Assembly: GCA_030833205.1 (NCBI GenBank)
Contig: JAURHS010000003.1
Coordinates: forward strand, 2,707 to 66,706
Reading direction: 5' to 3'
From: Prosthecobacter sp.
GTDB taxonomy: Bacteria; Verrucomicrobiota; Verrucomicrobiia; Verrucomicrobiales; Verrucomicrobiaceae
Length of the DNA: 64,000 nucleotides
Made by a program: the position numbers and the translations under genes. Positions 10,076 to 19,815 of the stretch are shown in pieces (position 1 is the stretch's first letter; every line of letters starts with the position of its first letter). Below the pieces are notes generated by a model. The model was given only the letters and a program-made list of their open reading frames with translations. It was not told the origin of the DNA and ran no database searches.

Positions 10076-13000
10076 ATGAACAAGATAACCCACCCCCAAA
10101 AGACCCGTTTCTCGGCCGCCTCGCTCTTCAGCACCCTGGTGCTAGGGTTTTTGGGACTTTCGGCGCCAACCGCCGCTCAGGCACAGGATCTGCCCGTCGT
10201 AAGCGAGCAGCCCTCCAACCTCGAGCTGCCCGCCCTGCCGGACCTCGGCGGCGCCCTGGTGTTTGGGGCCACCCCGGTGGGCGATGTGACCGGCACCCGC
10301 AGAGTGATCAGCGTTGAAAACCCCAACGAAGCCGAGATCACCATCACCCCTGCCCTGGTCAACTGGACCATGAACGGCGGCGACATCCACAGCGACACCG
10401 GCGACTTCGCCTTCGAGCCCGCCAGCCTCACCCTGGCCGCTGGCGCCAGCGCCGACCTCACCCTTTACTTCCGACCCAAAACCAGCAACACCAAACCCGG
10501 CCTGCGCCGCTGCGCCCTGCAACTCAGCAGCGACGACGAGGCCAGCCACCGCATCATGCTCAGCGGCTACACCGCCCTGCCCGGCGGCATCGCCTGGGTC
10601 TCAAATTCAGGCTGCCACACCCTGGCCCTCAAATCCGATGGCAGCCTCTGGGGCTGCGGCTACCAGAGGCAAGGTCAGTTGGGCTCCAACCTCAATGTGG
10701 ACGGCTTCTACCGGGCCACCAGCTACCACCTGATCATTCCCTCTGGCGTGGCCAGCATCGCCGCCTGCGGCGCGGGCCTCGTGGTCGAAAATGACCAAGT
10801 TGGCGGCGGTGGCAGAACAGGGGGCAGCTTCAGCCTGATCCTCATGGCCGACGGCAGCCTCTGGGGCATGGGCCTCAACCACCGCGGCCAGCTTGGTCTG
10901 GGGAGCAAGACCAATGTCATGAGCCCCACCCGCATCCTGGCCGCAGGTGCCGCCAGCATGAGCGGCAGCGCCAGCCACAGCATGGTGATCAAATGCGATG
11001 GCAGTCTTTGGGCCTGTGGCTCCAACAACTGCGGCCAACTCGGCCTGGGCAGCGCCGACACCAATGACCACCTCCTCCTCGAGCCGATGCGCTTCGACCA
11101 CCAAGGCGACGAACTCAAGGGCATCATCGCTGTCAGCGCAGCAGAATCATCCGCCCTCGCCACCCCCGGCTACCTTGGGAACCTCCCCACTCTTGGCAAT
11201 GCGTTTAGTGATTATGCCCATGGCCTCATCCTCAAGGCCAGCGGCGAGCTGCTTGCCCTGGGCTACAACGGCTTGGGCCAACTCTCCGTGGGCGACAACA
11301 CCAACCGCGCCATTCCCACACCCTGCGTCAATGACCAGGGTCAACCCATGATCCATGTGGTGGGCATGGCCGCCGCCACCATCAACAGCTACGCCCTGCA
11401 GTACAACACCGAAACCGTCAACGGCGTCGCGCAGACCCAATACCGCTTCTCCACTGTGGGCGGAGTTACTGGCGTCAACTCTACCTCGGGAGAGCTGGGC
11501 ATCAACACACGAAGCGCCAGCAACCGCTTCCTCAGGCCTGGTTTGCCCGCTGGCATCACCCCAAGACTGCCGCTCTCCACCCACAGCGGTGGCGCGCTTT
11601 GGATCGGCTCCGATGGTAACGGCTATGCCAACGGTGCCGCCCGCTACTTCCAACTTGGTCAAGATAACAGCGTCGCCAGAACCACTCCCTCCGCCATCGT
11701 CAACAATGCTGCAGCGCTGATCAGCGGCCCCAATAGCCAACTCAGCATTGTCCTGGGCCAGGATGGCAGCCTCTCTGGAACCGGCCTGCGGATCGCCGGG
11801 ACACAGCCCAATTATTTCCTAGCTGGTTCTAAACCCTTGAATGGCAACATGGGGGAGTTGGCTGAAGTCGGCGGAGTGCGCGACTTTACGAGACAGCCCG
11901 TCCGATTTGCCCAACCTGCCCGAGCCCGCTACCTCAGCGCTGCTGCGGGGGCGGCCTTCTCACTGGATTTGCGCCGTCGCATCATCGGTGGGCTGCCGGG
12001 AGCCGACGCTGCAGCCAACACCTACAACTTCGCCCTCAAGGCAGGCAGCAGCCTGCCCAGTGGCTTCACCCTGCAGAATGGCCTGCTTAGCAGCAGCGAT
12101 GTTGGCGCGGCCAGCGCCACGACCAGCAGCTTCATTCTGCAAGTCACCAATGACGGAAACACTCAAGAGGCCACCTTCGAATTTGCGGCCATGGAGATCA
12201 GCACAGCGGCAGATTTGGGGCTCGTCAATACGGCCACTCCGACCAGCAAAACGCTGACAGCTCTGGGCGGCGTTGGGGCCAAAACCTGGTCAGTGGCCGA
12301 GGGCAGCAGCCTGCCCGAAGGCCTGACGCTGGACCCCAGCACTGGAGCCATCAGCGGCACCGCGCTTGATGGCGGCAGCTATCGTTTCACCATCAACTGC
12401 CAAGACAGCGCCACCCCGCCCACCGTGTTGAGTCGCGAGTTCAGCCTCGCGGTGGCTGGCATCAGCACCAACAGCAAATTGCCCGCCATCCGCCTCGGGC
12501 AGAGCTTCACCCCCATCACCTTCACCGCCGTCCACACCACAGCCCCTGTCACCTGGACCATGACCTCAGGCTCACTGCCTGCCGGCCTCAGCTTTGATCC
12601 CGCGACCGCCACCCTGAGCGGCAACCTCAGCGGCAGCAGCAGCGGAGCTTACACCTTCACCCTGCAGATCAGCGATGGAGCCACGCCAGCCTTGGTCTGC
12701 AGCAAGACCTTCTCCCTCGCCATCATTGAAATCCTCAACAACGCCACGCTGCCCGCTGGCGGAACCAATGTGCCCTACAGCCAAGCCTTGATCGCCACCT
12801 GCACGGGCAGCACGCTGGCGTGGAGTGTGCCCACTGGCAGCAGTCTGCCCACCGGTTTGACTCTCGCAGCAGATGGCAGCCTCAGTGGCACCCCCACCAG
12901 CGCCGGCAATCACCTCATCCGCGTCAAGGTCAGTGTTCCAAGCGGCAGTTTCTTGACCGCCGATTTCACCATCCGCGTCATGGGCATCTCCACTCCGCGA

Positions 13001-16000
13001 AAATTACCCTCACAAGCCGTGGGACGGCCTTATTCAACCAACAGAGCCCTCGCCGCGGAATTCAACAGCCCCACCGGCAGCCTGACTTGGGAAGTGGCAC
13101 CGGGCAGCAGCCTTCCCACAGGCCTCGTGCTGAGCAGTGCAGGGGAGATCAGCGGCAGCCCGCAGACCAGCATTGCTTGGCAACGCTTCAGCCTTCAAGT
13201 GACGGACAACGAGCTGAATGCCAGCGCAAGAAAAGAGTTTTCCATCACGATCTTCGGAACCAGCAACAGCAGAAACTTGCCCTTGGGCAGGGCCGGCTTC
13301 GACCTTGCCTATACCCTCAACACCATCGGTGGCAAGCCGCCCGTTCGCTACGCTCTGGCCCCTGACAGCGGCAGTCTGCCAGCAGGCCTTACACTGGCCG
13401 AGACCGGGGTCTTGTCGGGCAACATCAGCGATTGGGGAGGCAGCTATGACTTCAAGATTGCTCCCAGCGACTCAAGCACCCCAAACCTGACCTCCAAGGA
13501 GACCCTGACCTTGACGGTTTTCGGGCCCAAGCCCTTCACCCCGCCGGCTTCCTTGAAGGTGGGGCAGTATTACTCGCAGTTCATCGCCTTCGCTCCCTAC
13601 ACCAACCCTGATCAAAGCACTTACCGCATGGCCATCCAGGCCACGGGCAACCAACCGCTGCCAGCAGGAATCACCATTGACGCCAGAGGACACTTCATCA
13701 GCGGGCGCTTCACCACTGCAGGCACGCATGGCTTCCGTCTGGTCATCACCGACAGCTCCGGCTATCAAGCCTTCAAGGACAACATCACCTTCAATGTCAT
13801 CTCCGCGCCCTACCTCATCGTCGAGGACCCCGCCAGCACCCCAGCCACGGAGTTTCCCCTCAATAGCGGGCAAGTCCTGCTCCCAACCGCAGCACAAAGC
13901 GGCAGCTCCCCGGTCAAAACCCTTCGCTTGCGCAACGGCGGCGACCAGGCCCTGAGCAATCCCAAGCTCAGCATCAGCGGCAGCAACCAGGCGGATTTTT
14001 CGGTGACGCTGTTGGCTGCTGACAACAACCCGGCCCCGACCACGCTGGCCGCCGGAGCCAGCGCCTCACTGCTGATTCAATTTGCGCCCAAGGCAGGGGT
14101 CGCGGGTCTGCGCACCGCCACTCTCACCATCAGCGCAACGCCACCTCAGGGCCAGACGCTGGCACCTGTCGTGATGGAACTGCGGGCCTACACCTCCCCC
14201 AGTGGCGGCATTGCCTCCATGGCCGCAGGCCAACAGCACAGCCTCTTCCTCAAGGGCGATGGCAGCGTTTGGGTCAGCGGCGACAACAGCAGTGGCCAGT
14301 TGGGAACTGGCGACAACAACGCCAGCAACAAGGCCAAACTCAGCCTCCACCACAGCGCCGCCGCGGTGGCAGCCGCAGGCAATCACAGCCTCATCCAGAT
14401 GGGCGATGGCAGCCTCTGGGCCATGGGCAACAACAGCAGCGGCCAGTTGGGCCTCGGTGCCACCACCGCCGTCAACACTCCCACCCGCGTCATCGAAGGA
14501 GGCGTGGCGGCAGTGGCCACCGGCAACACTCACAGCCTCATTCTCAAATCCGATGGCAGTGTCTGGGTCAGCGGAGGCAACAGCAATGGCCAGCTGGGAA
14601 CTGGCAACAACAGCGCCGTCAATGTCTTCACCAAGATCTTGCCCGATTCAGCCATTGCCATTGCCGCCGGAGACAATCATAGCCTCGTGCTGCTCAGCAA
14701 TGGCGACCTGCTTGCCTTTGGCCTCAACAGCGATGGTCAACTTGGCCTCGGCAACTTGACCTCCGTCAACAGACCCACCACCAGTGGGCTCAGTGCCGTG
14801 GTTGGGATTGCCGCGGGGGGCAATCACAGTCTCGCGTTGAAAAAAGACGGTAGCCTTCATGCCTGCGGCAACAACGCCGTCGGCCAGCTCGGCATCACAG
14901 GCGCAGCGACCAATGCTACGACCTGGACCGCTGTGGTAGGCTGCGACAGCGGCGTGCAATCCATGGCCGCCGGGGCCAGTCACAGTCTGATCCTCAAATC
15001 AACCGGCATCGTTCTGGCCTGCGGCAGCAATTCCAGCGGACAACTCAGCGGCGGGGACGCAAGCAGTTCAACGCCACGAGCCCTGAGTCTGCCAGCCGAC
15101 AGCCTCGCGGCGGCGGTGGCCGCGGGAAGCAACCACAGCCTCATTCTCACCATCGAGGGCAACCTTCTTGTTTTAGGCGCCAATGCCCAGGGCCAACTGG
15201 GTCTGGGCACCAACGAAGCCGCGGTCACCACAGCCTCCTCACTGGCAGCGAGCAGCTCAGGTCTCGCCGAGCTTCCTGCCGCCATCTTTGGTCTGGTTTA
15301 TCGGGGCAATGTCGCCGGCCTCAGCATCGGTGGGACCATTCCCATCCGCTATGCCCTGAAGTCTGGCAGCTCGGCACCTGCGGGCCTGAGCCTCGGAAGC
15401 GACGGCATTCTCACAGGCACGCCCACAATGCCAGGCACCTACACCATCGAGGTGGTGGCCACAGATCCCGCAAGCCCAGCAGTCGGCCGCGAGATCAGCC
15501 TCTCGCTCTCCGTCTTTGGCATCAGCACGACCGCTCTCGCCCAAGGCACCTGGAGCTTGGATTATAGTCAGGCCCTGCAGATCGCTGGAGGCACTGAACC
15601 CTACACCTATGAGGTGGTCAGCAACGCCGACCGCCTGCAACAACTTCCCGCGGGTCTTGCCCTCGGCGCCAATGCCCAAAGCCAGCAACCCACCATCAGC
15701 GGAAGACCCACGGCTGCAGGCAACTACCGCATCACCATCAAGGCCACCGACAGCAGCCAACCCGCCCGCGTGAGTTTTCGCAGCTTTGACCTGCCCATCT
15801 TTGGCATCACCAACGATTCGGTGCTTCCCCCAGCAAGGCTCAACAGTCCCTATCAAGTTCAGTTGCGGCCGGCCAATGTCGGCAGTGGCCCTTACACCTT
15901 CTCGCTGGCGGCAGGCAGCACGCTCCCCTCTTGGCTCAGCCTCGACCCTCGCACTGGCGTCCTCAGTGGCATGCCGACCAATATCACAAGTGATACCGGA

Positions 16001-18505
16001 CTTCCCAAGGGAGATTTGCCCGATGTCAGCTTCAGCATCACCCTCACCGATCTGAGCAAGCCACTTGCCATCAGCACGACCCAACCCTTCAGCCTCGCAC
16101 TCAAGGAGAGCTTTCTCACCATCGAAGATCGCAGTGGCTCCCCCCAGAACTTCTGGGATCAGTCCACCCAGATCATTGGCGGCTGCGCCCCTGGAGAGAG
16201 GGTATCGCGGCCATTCCGTCTGATCAATCGGCACAGCGATGCTCAGCGTAAAATCACCGCCATTGAACTCACTGGCCGTGATGCACAGGACTTCTCCACC
16301 ACTCTTCCCAGCGCCGCCAATTTGCCTCTGGTTCTGATCAACTTGTACAGCGGCAACAACAGCGCGAATTATCGTGACTTCACCGTGACCTTCCGCCCCA
16401 GGCGCGGCAGCCAGCGCACCCGCCAAGCCACCATGCGCATCTCTGCCGTGATTTACCCCAACGAGAGCGATCGCACCAACAACAGAAATGGCGTGGTGGA
16501 GTCCCTCACGGTTTCTTTCATCGGCCAAGTCATGGATCGTCCCGCCGAGACGCAGACCCTGAGTTTCATCAACCCGGGCACCGTGGTGGCGGGTCAGGGC
16601 GCCTTGCCTCTGCGTGTCCTGAGCAGCAGCGCGCTGCCAGTCAGCCTGACTGTGACCTCCAGCCGCAGCAGCAACAAGCCCGCCGGGCCCGTCGCCAGCC
16701 TGAGCGGCACGCCCGCCACAGGATACAGCCTCACTCCTCAGGGCCCGGGCAGCATCACGCTTAGCGCCACTCAAAACGGCGATGATCGCTACGCCGCGGC
16801 CAAGCCCCTGAGCATCACCCTCAACATCGCCGCCGCGGCGGCGGCGGGCAAAATCAGCCTGAGCAATCTGGTGCAGGTGTTTAACGGATCTCCGCGCCCC
16901 ATCACCGTGCTGCCTGCACAGGGCTCAGCAACCATCACCTACTCCGCGGGCAATACGCGCAGCACGACGGCTCCCACGGCAGCAGGCTCTTACGGGGTGG
17001 AGGTCAGGGATAACACCAACAAGGTATTGGCCACCGCAAAGCTGACCATTCTTCCTGCCCCGGCTTACCTCAAGGCCACTTCCCTGCAACGCCGCATTCT
17101 CCAGTCCAATCCTGCGCTGAGCTTCACGACCCAGGACACTGCTGGCGCTGACCTGAACATCACTTGGACCACTCAACCAACCCTTGGCACCACGGCCAAC
17201 CAAAGCAGCCCCGCAGGCAACTATCCCATCCTGCTGACCAACAAACCCTCGGCTGCCAACTACAACATCATCTTCACTCCTGGCGTGTTGTCCGTGGAGG
17301 GCTTCGGCAGCCAGCACCAGGCCATGGTGAACGACCCGGACAACGGCAAGGCCGTGGGTCTGCTGACAATCAACACGACAGGCATCCGGACCGTTCCTGT
17401 TGACATCAAGAATGCGCAACCAACCTATGCCATCAGCTTCAGCGCAAGCCTGCGCAGTGTCTTTGATGGTGCCCAAAAACCAGGCCTGTTGAGTTTCGCT
17501 GGCCTCTTGAATCTCGACAGCACCAAGCCCCTCGATGAGGCGGCAAGCGGCAGCAATCTCAGCGATGCCAAAAGCCCAAAACTCGGCTTCAGCTCCATCA
17601 GTCTGAACCGCGAAGGATCAATGAGTGGCACCCTCACCTACAGCGGAAAATCCTATCCATTCAACGGCAAGCGCCTTCGCGAAGCCAATGAAATCAATCT
17701 CGCAGCCAGCGGCGCACACAGCCTGATCATCGAGCCCGCCCTTTACGCCAGCGATCAGGAAACTCCCGCGGGCAGCAACGCGCCCCAAGGCTATGGTTAC
17801 GCCAGCGCGCTCCTGGACGGCAAGGGCACCCTGACTTTGGCGGGAAGGCTTGGCGACGGCAACATCCTGACTGCTGCCCTGCCTGCCGATATTAGCCTCA
17901 ATCCTGGGTATCGGCTCTTCCTGCAGCCCTACAGTCGCGCCGACAGCACCTTGGCTGGCAGTTTTGAGCTGACCGCGCATGCGCTCAGCGGTCGCCAGCA
18001 GCTCCTGCCTGTCGCCCTGCGCTGGAGCAAGACCGCAGGCAGCAAGGACGGAAGCTACCCGATGGGCTTTGTGAGGTCCGGCGCTGTCGTTGATCTCTTC
18101 TGCCTCGCCTACATGGAGCCCTGGCAGGCACCCCAAACCAAGCCCCCGCTCATCACCCTGCTCAATCGCTGGGGAGTTTCCTCGGGCAGCAGCAAACTCT
18201 ACACGCTCAACTACAGCAACCCCGGCAACGCGCAGCCCAGCCCACTGCAAGCAAGCATCAACCTAAGCGACAAGAATGTCCTCAGTGCAGGCCCAGGAGC
18301 TCCCGCCGGACTCAGGCTCAGCCTCAATCCGACCACAGGCGTCATCACGGGCAGCCTCCCCAGCGGCAAAAGCACCATCAACTTCAGTGGCATCCTGCGC
18401 CAACCTACAGATGGCAGCGAGCGCCTGCTTGGCGCGGGCCAGCTCGTCATTCCCGCAGTTGCTCCCGGCAAACCCACCTATGTCGAGTTCGACATTCTTC
18501 GCTGA
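10076..18505 (+). CDS. Giant secreted/surface protein (~2809 aa) with RCC1 repeats, putative Ig (He_PIG) repeats, ASH/choice-of-anchor-D-like and MBG-like domains
   Basis: Signal peptide (..AAQA|QD), repeated HSLxLKxDGSxWxxGxNxxGQLG units (RCC1) and repeated LPxGLxLxxxGxxSGxP units (He_PIG). Uninterrupted ORF. Confidence 0.88.
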   Translation: MNKITHPQKTRFSAASLFSTLVLGFLGLSAPTAAQAQDLPVVSEQPSNLELPALPDLGGALVFGATPVGDVTGTRRVISVENPNEAEITITPALVNWTMNGGDIHSDTGDFAFEPASLTLAAGASADLTLYFRPKTSNTKPGLRRCALQLSSDDEASHRIMLSGYTALPGGIAWVSNSGCHTLALKSDGSLWGCGYQRQGQLGSNLNVDGFYRATSYHLIIPSGVASIAACGAGLVVENDQVGGGGRTGGSFSLILMADGSLWGMGLNHRGQLGLGSKTNVMSPTRILAAGAASMSGSASHSMVIKCDGSLWACGSNNCGQLGLGSADTNDHLLLEPMRFDHQGDELKGIIAVSAAESSALATPGYLGNLPTLGNAFSDYAHGLILKASGELLALGYNGLGQLSVGDNTNRAIPTPCVNDQGQPMIHVVGMAAATINSYALQYNTETVNGVAQTQYRFSTVGGVTGVNSTSGELGINTRSASNRFLRPGLPAGITPRLPLSTHSGGALWIGSDGNGYANGAARYFQLGQDNSVARTTPSAIVNNAAALISGPNSQLSIVLGQDGSLSGTGLRIAGTQPNYFLAGSKPLNGNMGELAEVGGVRDFTRQPVRFAQPARARYLSAAAGAAFSLDLRRRIIGGLPGADAAANTYNFALKAGSSLPSGFTLQNGLLSSSDVGAASATTSSFILQVTNDGNTQEATFEFAAMEISTAADLGLVNTATPTSKTLTALGGVGAKTWSVAEGSSLPEGLTLDPSTGAISGTALDGGSYRFTINCQDSATPPTVLSREFSLAVAGISTNSKLPAIRLGQSFTPITFTAVHTTAPVTWTMTSGSLPAGLSFDPATATLSGNLSGSSSGAYTFTLQISDGATPALVCSKTFSLAIIEILNNATLPAGGTNVPYSQALIATCTGSTLAWSVPTGSSLPTGLTLAADGSLSGTPTSAGNHLIRVKVSVPSGSFLTADFTIRVMGISTPRKLPSQAVGRPYSTNRALAAEFNSPTGSLTWEVAPGSSLPTGLVLSSAGEISGSPQTSIAWQRFSLQVTDNELNASARKEFSITIFGTSNSRNLPLGRAGFDLAYTLNTIGGKPPVRYALAPDSGSLPAGLTLAETGVLSGNISDWGGSYDFKIAPSDSSTPNLTSKETLTLTVFGPKPFTPPASLKVGQYYSQFIAFAPYTNPDQSTYRMAIQATGNQPLPAGITIDARGHFISGRFTTAGTHGFRLVITDSSGYQAFKDNITFNVISAPYLIVEDPASTPATEFPLNSGQVLLPTAAQSGSSPVKTLRLRNGGDQALSNPKLSISGSNQADFSVTLLAADNNPAPTTLAAGASASLLIQFAPKAGVAGLRTATLTISATPPQGQTLAPVVMELRAYTSPSGGIASMAAGQQHSLFLKGDGSVWVSGDNSSGQLGTGDNNASNKAKLSLHHSAAAVAAAGNHSLIQMGDGSLWAMGNNSSGQLGLGATTAVNTPTRVIEGGVAAVATGNTHSLILKSDGSVWVSGGNSNGQLGTGNNSAVNVFTKILPDSAIAIAAGDNHSLVLLSNGDLLAFGLNSDGQLGLGNLTSVNRPTTSGLSAVVGIAAGGNHSLALKKDGSLHACGNNAVGQLGITGAATNATTWTAVVGCDSGVQSMAAGASHSLILKSTGIVLACGSNSSGQLSGGDASSSTPRALSLPADSLAAAVAAGSNHSLILTIEGNLLVLGANAQGQLGLGTNEAAVTTASSLAASSSGLAELPAAIFGLVYRGNVAGLSIGGTIPIRYALKSGSSAPAGLSLGSDGILTGTPTMPGTYTIEVVATDPASPAVGREISLSLSVFGISTTALAQGTWSLDYSQALQIAGGTEPYTYEVVSNADRLQQLPAGLALGANAQSQQPTISGRPTAAGNYRITIKATDSSQPARVSFRSFDLPIFGITNDSVLPPARLNSPYQVQLRPANVGSGPYTFSLAAGSTLPSWLSLDPRTGVLSGMPTNITSDTGLPKGDLPDVSFSITLTDLSKPLAISTTQPFSLALKESFLTIEDRSGSPQNFWDQSTQIIGGCAPGERVSRPFRLINRHSDAQRKITAIELTGRDAQDFSTTLPSAANLPLVLINLYSGNNSANYRDFTVTFRPRRGSQRTRQATMRISAVIYPNESDRTNNRNGVVESLTVSFIGQVMDRPAETQTLSFINPGTVVAGQGALPLRVLSSSALPVSLTVTSSRSSNKPAGPVASLSGTPATGYSLTPQGPGSITLSATQNGDDRYAAAKPLSITLNIAAAAAAGKISLSNLVQVFNGSPRPITVLPAQGSATITYSAGNTRSTTAPTAAGSYGVEVRDNTNKVLATAKLTILPAPAYLKATSLQRRILQSNPALSFTTQDTAGADLNITWTTQPTLGTTANQSSPAGNYPILLTNKPSAANYNIIFTPGVLSVEGFGSQHQAMVNDPDNGKAVGLLTINTTGIRTVPVDIKNAQPTYAISFSASLRSVFDGAQKPGLLSFAGLLNLDSTKPLDEAASGSNLSDAKSPKLGFSSISLNREGSMSGTLTYSGKSYPFNGKRLREANEINLAASGAHSLIIEPALYASDQETPAGSNAPQGYGYASALLDGKGTLTLAGRLGDGNILTAALPADISLNPGYRLFLQPYSRADSTLAGSFELTAHALSGRQQLLPVALRWSKTAGSKDGSYPMGFVRSGAVVDLFCLAYMEPWQAPQTKPPLITLLNRWGVSSGSSKLYTLNYSNPGNAQPSPLQASINLSDKNVLSAGPGAPAGLRLSLNPTTGVITGSLPSGKSTINFSGILRQPTDGSERLLGAGQLVIPAVAPGKPTYVEFDILR

Positions 18506-18510
18506 TCTGA

Positions 18511-18583
18511 GCGCCTCGGAACAAGCGCGGGCCTGCAATTGCCATCGAGCAATCCGGCGCAGCGTGCAAGGTTTCTGAGGCGC
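18511..18583 (+). terminator. Long imperfect hairpin immediately after the giant gene
   Basis: GCGCCTCGGAAC...GTTTCTGAGGCGC outer arms and inner ATTGC/GCAAT stem. Confidence 0.4.
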
Positions 18584-18633
18584 GCCAAGAATGAAGATGC
18601 AAAGGGCGAGGATCGGGGGCAGACTGGGCGGCG

Positions 18634-19773
18634 ATGCGTCGAAGCGCCCAGGACCAACGCGCCGCACTTTGCCAAGTGCTCGCCTTGTTGCGCCGTGGCA
18701 GGATCTGCTCGCGCAGTGCCCTAGCCAAAGCCATTGGCGCCTCGGCCTCGACTCTCGGCTTGCAGGTCACCGCGCTCATGCAGGCCGGCCTGGTCATCGA
18801 GACTGGTGCTGCCAAGGGCCTCGCTCCGGGTAGACCACAGCGCCGACTGGCCTTGGCGCCGCAGGCAGGCTGCTTTCTGGGTCTGGAGTTCAACGCACAA
18901 CGGATTCAAACCGCGCTTCTGGATTTTTCCGGAAACCTTCAGGCCACGCAACAGCAGGGCATCGCAGCCCTGGCTGGCCGTGCCCAGGTCTTGCAGGCGC
19001 TGGAGCAGGCCATCACGACGGCCTTGCAGACAACCCGTGCTTCCTTGCTGGCGATTGGCGTGGCGGCCCCAGGGCTGGTAGATCGGGATCGCGGCATGGC
19101 CATGCGCTCCAGCGTGATTGCCGACTGGCTGGCCGTGCCTCTGGCGGAAAAAATACGCCAGCGCTTTGGTTGTGAGGTGACCGTGGAAAACAATCTGCGC
19201 GTCATCGCCCTTGCCGAGCGCTGGTTTGGCGCCGCCTCTGAACTCGAACATTTTGCGGTGTTGGGGCCGCGCAGTGGTCTTGGCATGGGCGTGGTCAGCC
19301 ATGGACAATTGCTGCGCGGCGCGCATCACAGTGCCGGCGAGATCGGCCTCTGGCCTTGGCCGGGAGACAAGGGCAACCTCACCCTGCAGGATGAACTCAG
19401 CGCCACCGCGATCTATCGCCGACTCTGCGGTCAGGAGCCGAGTGGGCATCAGGCAATTGCCCTGCGCGATTTTTTCACCAGCCACCCCTGCAGCGAATGG
19501 CCTGAGACCGCGCGCCAAAGCATTGTCGGAGACTTTGCCCGCTTGCTGCGCAGCGTGCAGGTCATGATGGACCTGCAGTGCTTTTTTCTGCACGGCCCTC
19601 TCACAGCTCTGGGCCCTGAGTTCTGCGAGGCCATCACTGCCTGCGCCGCCACTCTTCCTCCGCGCTGGCCAGAGCTGACTCCCCCCAGGCTCGAACCCTC
19701 AAGCCTGGGTGATGAAGCAGGGGCCTTGGGTGCCGCCACCCTTGCCATGGAGCACTGGCAACCAGAAGTCTGA
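18634..19773 (+). CDS. ROK-family transcriptional regulator
   Basis: N-terminal HTH (SRSALAKAIG), GRPQ, GVAAPGLVD, VENN and AGEIG. Confidence 0.88.
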   Translation: MRRSAQDQRAALCQVLALLRRGRICSRSALAKAIGASASTLGLQVTALMQAGLVIETGAAKGLAPGRPQRRLALAPQAGCFLGLEFNAQRIQTALLDFSGNLQATQQQGIAALAGRAQVLQALEQAITTALQTTRASLLAIGVAAPGLVDRDRGMAMRSSVIADWLAVPLAEKIRQRFGCEVTVENNLRVIALAERWFGAASELEHFAVLGPRSGLGMGVVSHGQLLRGAHHSAGEIGLWPWPGDKGNLTLQDELSATAIYRRLCGQEPSGHQAIALRDFFTSHPCSEWPETARQSIVGDFARLLRSVQVMMDLQCFFLHGPLTALGPEFCEAITACAATLPPRWPELTPPRLEPSSLGDEAGALGAATLAMEHWQPEV

Positions 19774-19815
19774 AGGGGCGGGGGCGCTGGCAGCGTTGGA
19801 TACGGTCAACTTTTC

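Noticed and set aside
10600-16000. Repeated DNA words in the giant gene as a possible CRISPR array or DGR template/variable repeats
   Set aside because: They are degenerate protein-coding RCC1/He_PIG repeats. There is no fixed repeat-spacer period, no reverse transcriptase and no adenine-specific mismatch pair seen.
8459-18505. Genomic island integrated at tRNA-Gln carrying the giant gene
   Set aside because: No integrase, no duplicated tRNA 3' end noticed, and housekeeping-type genes intervene.
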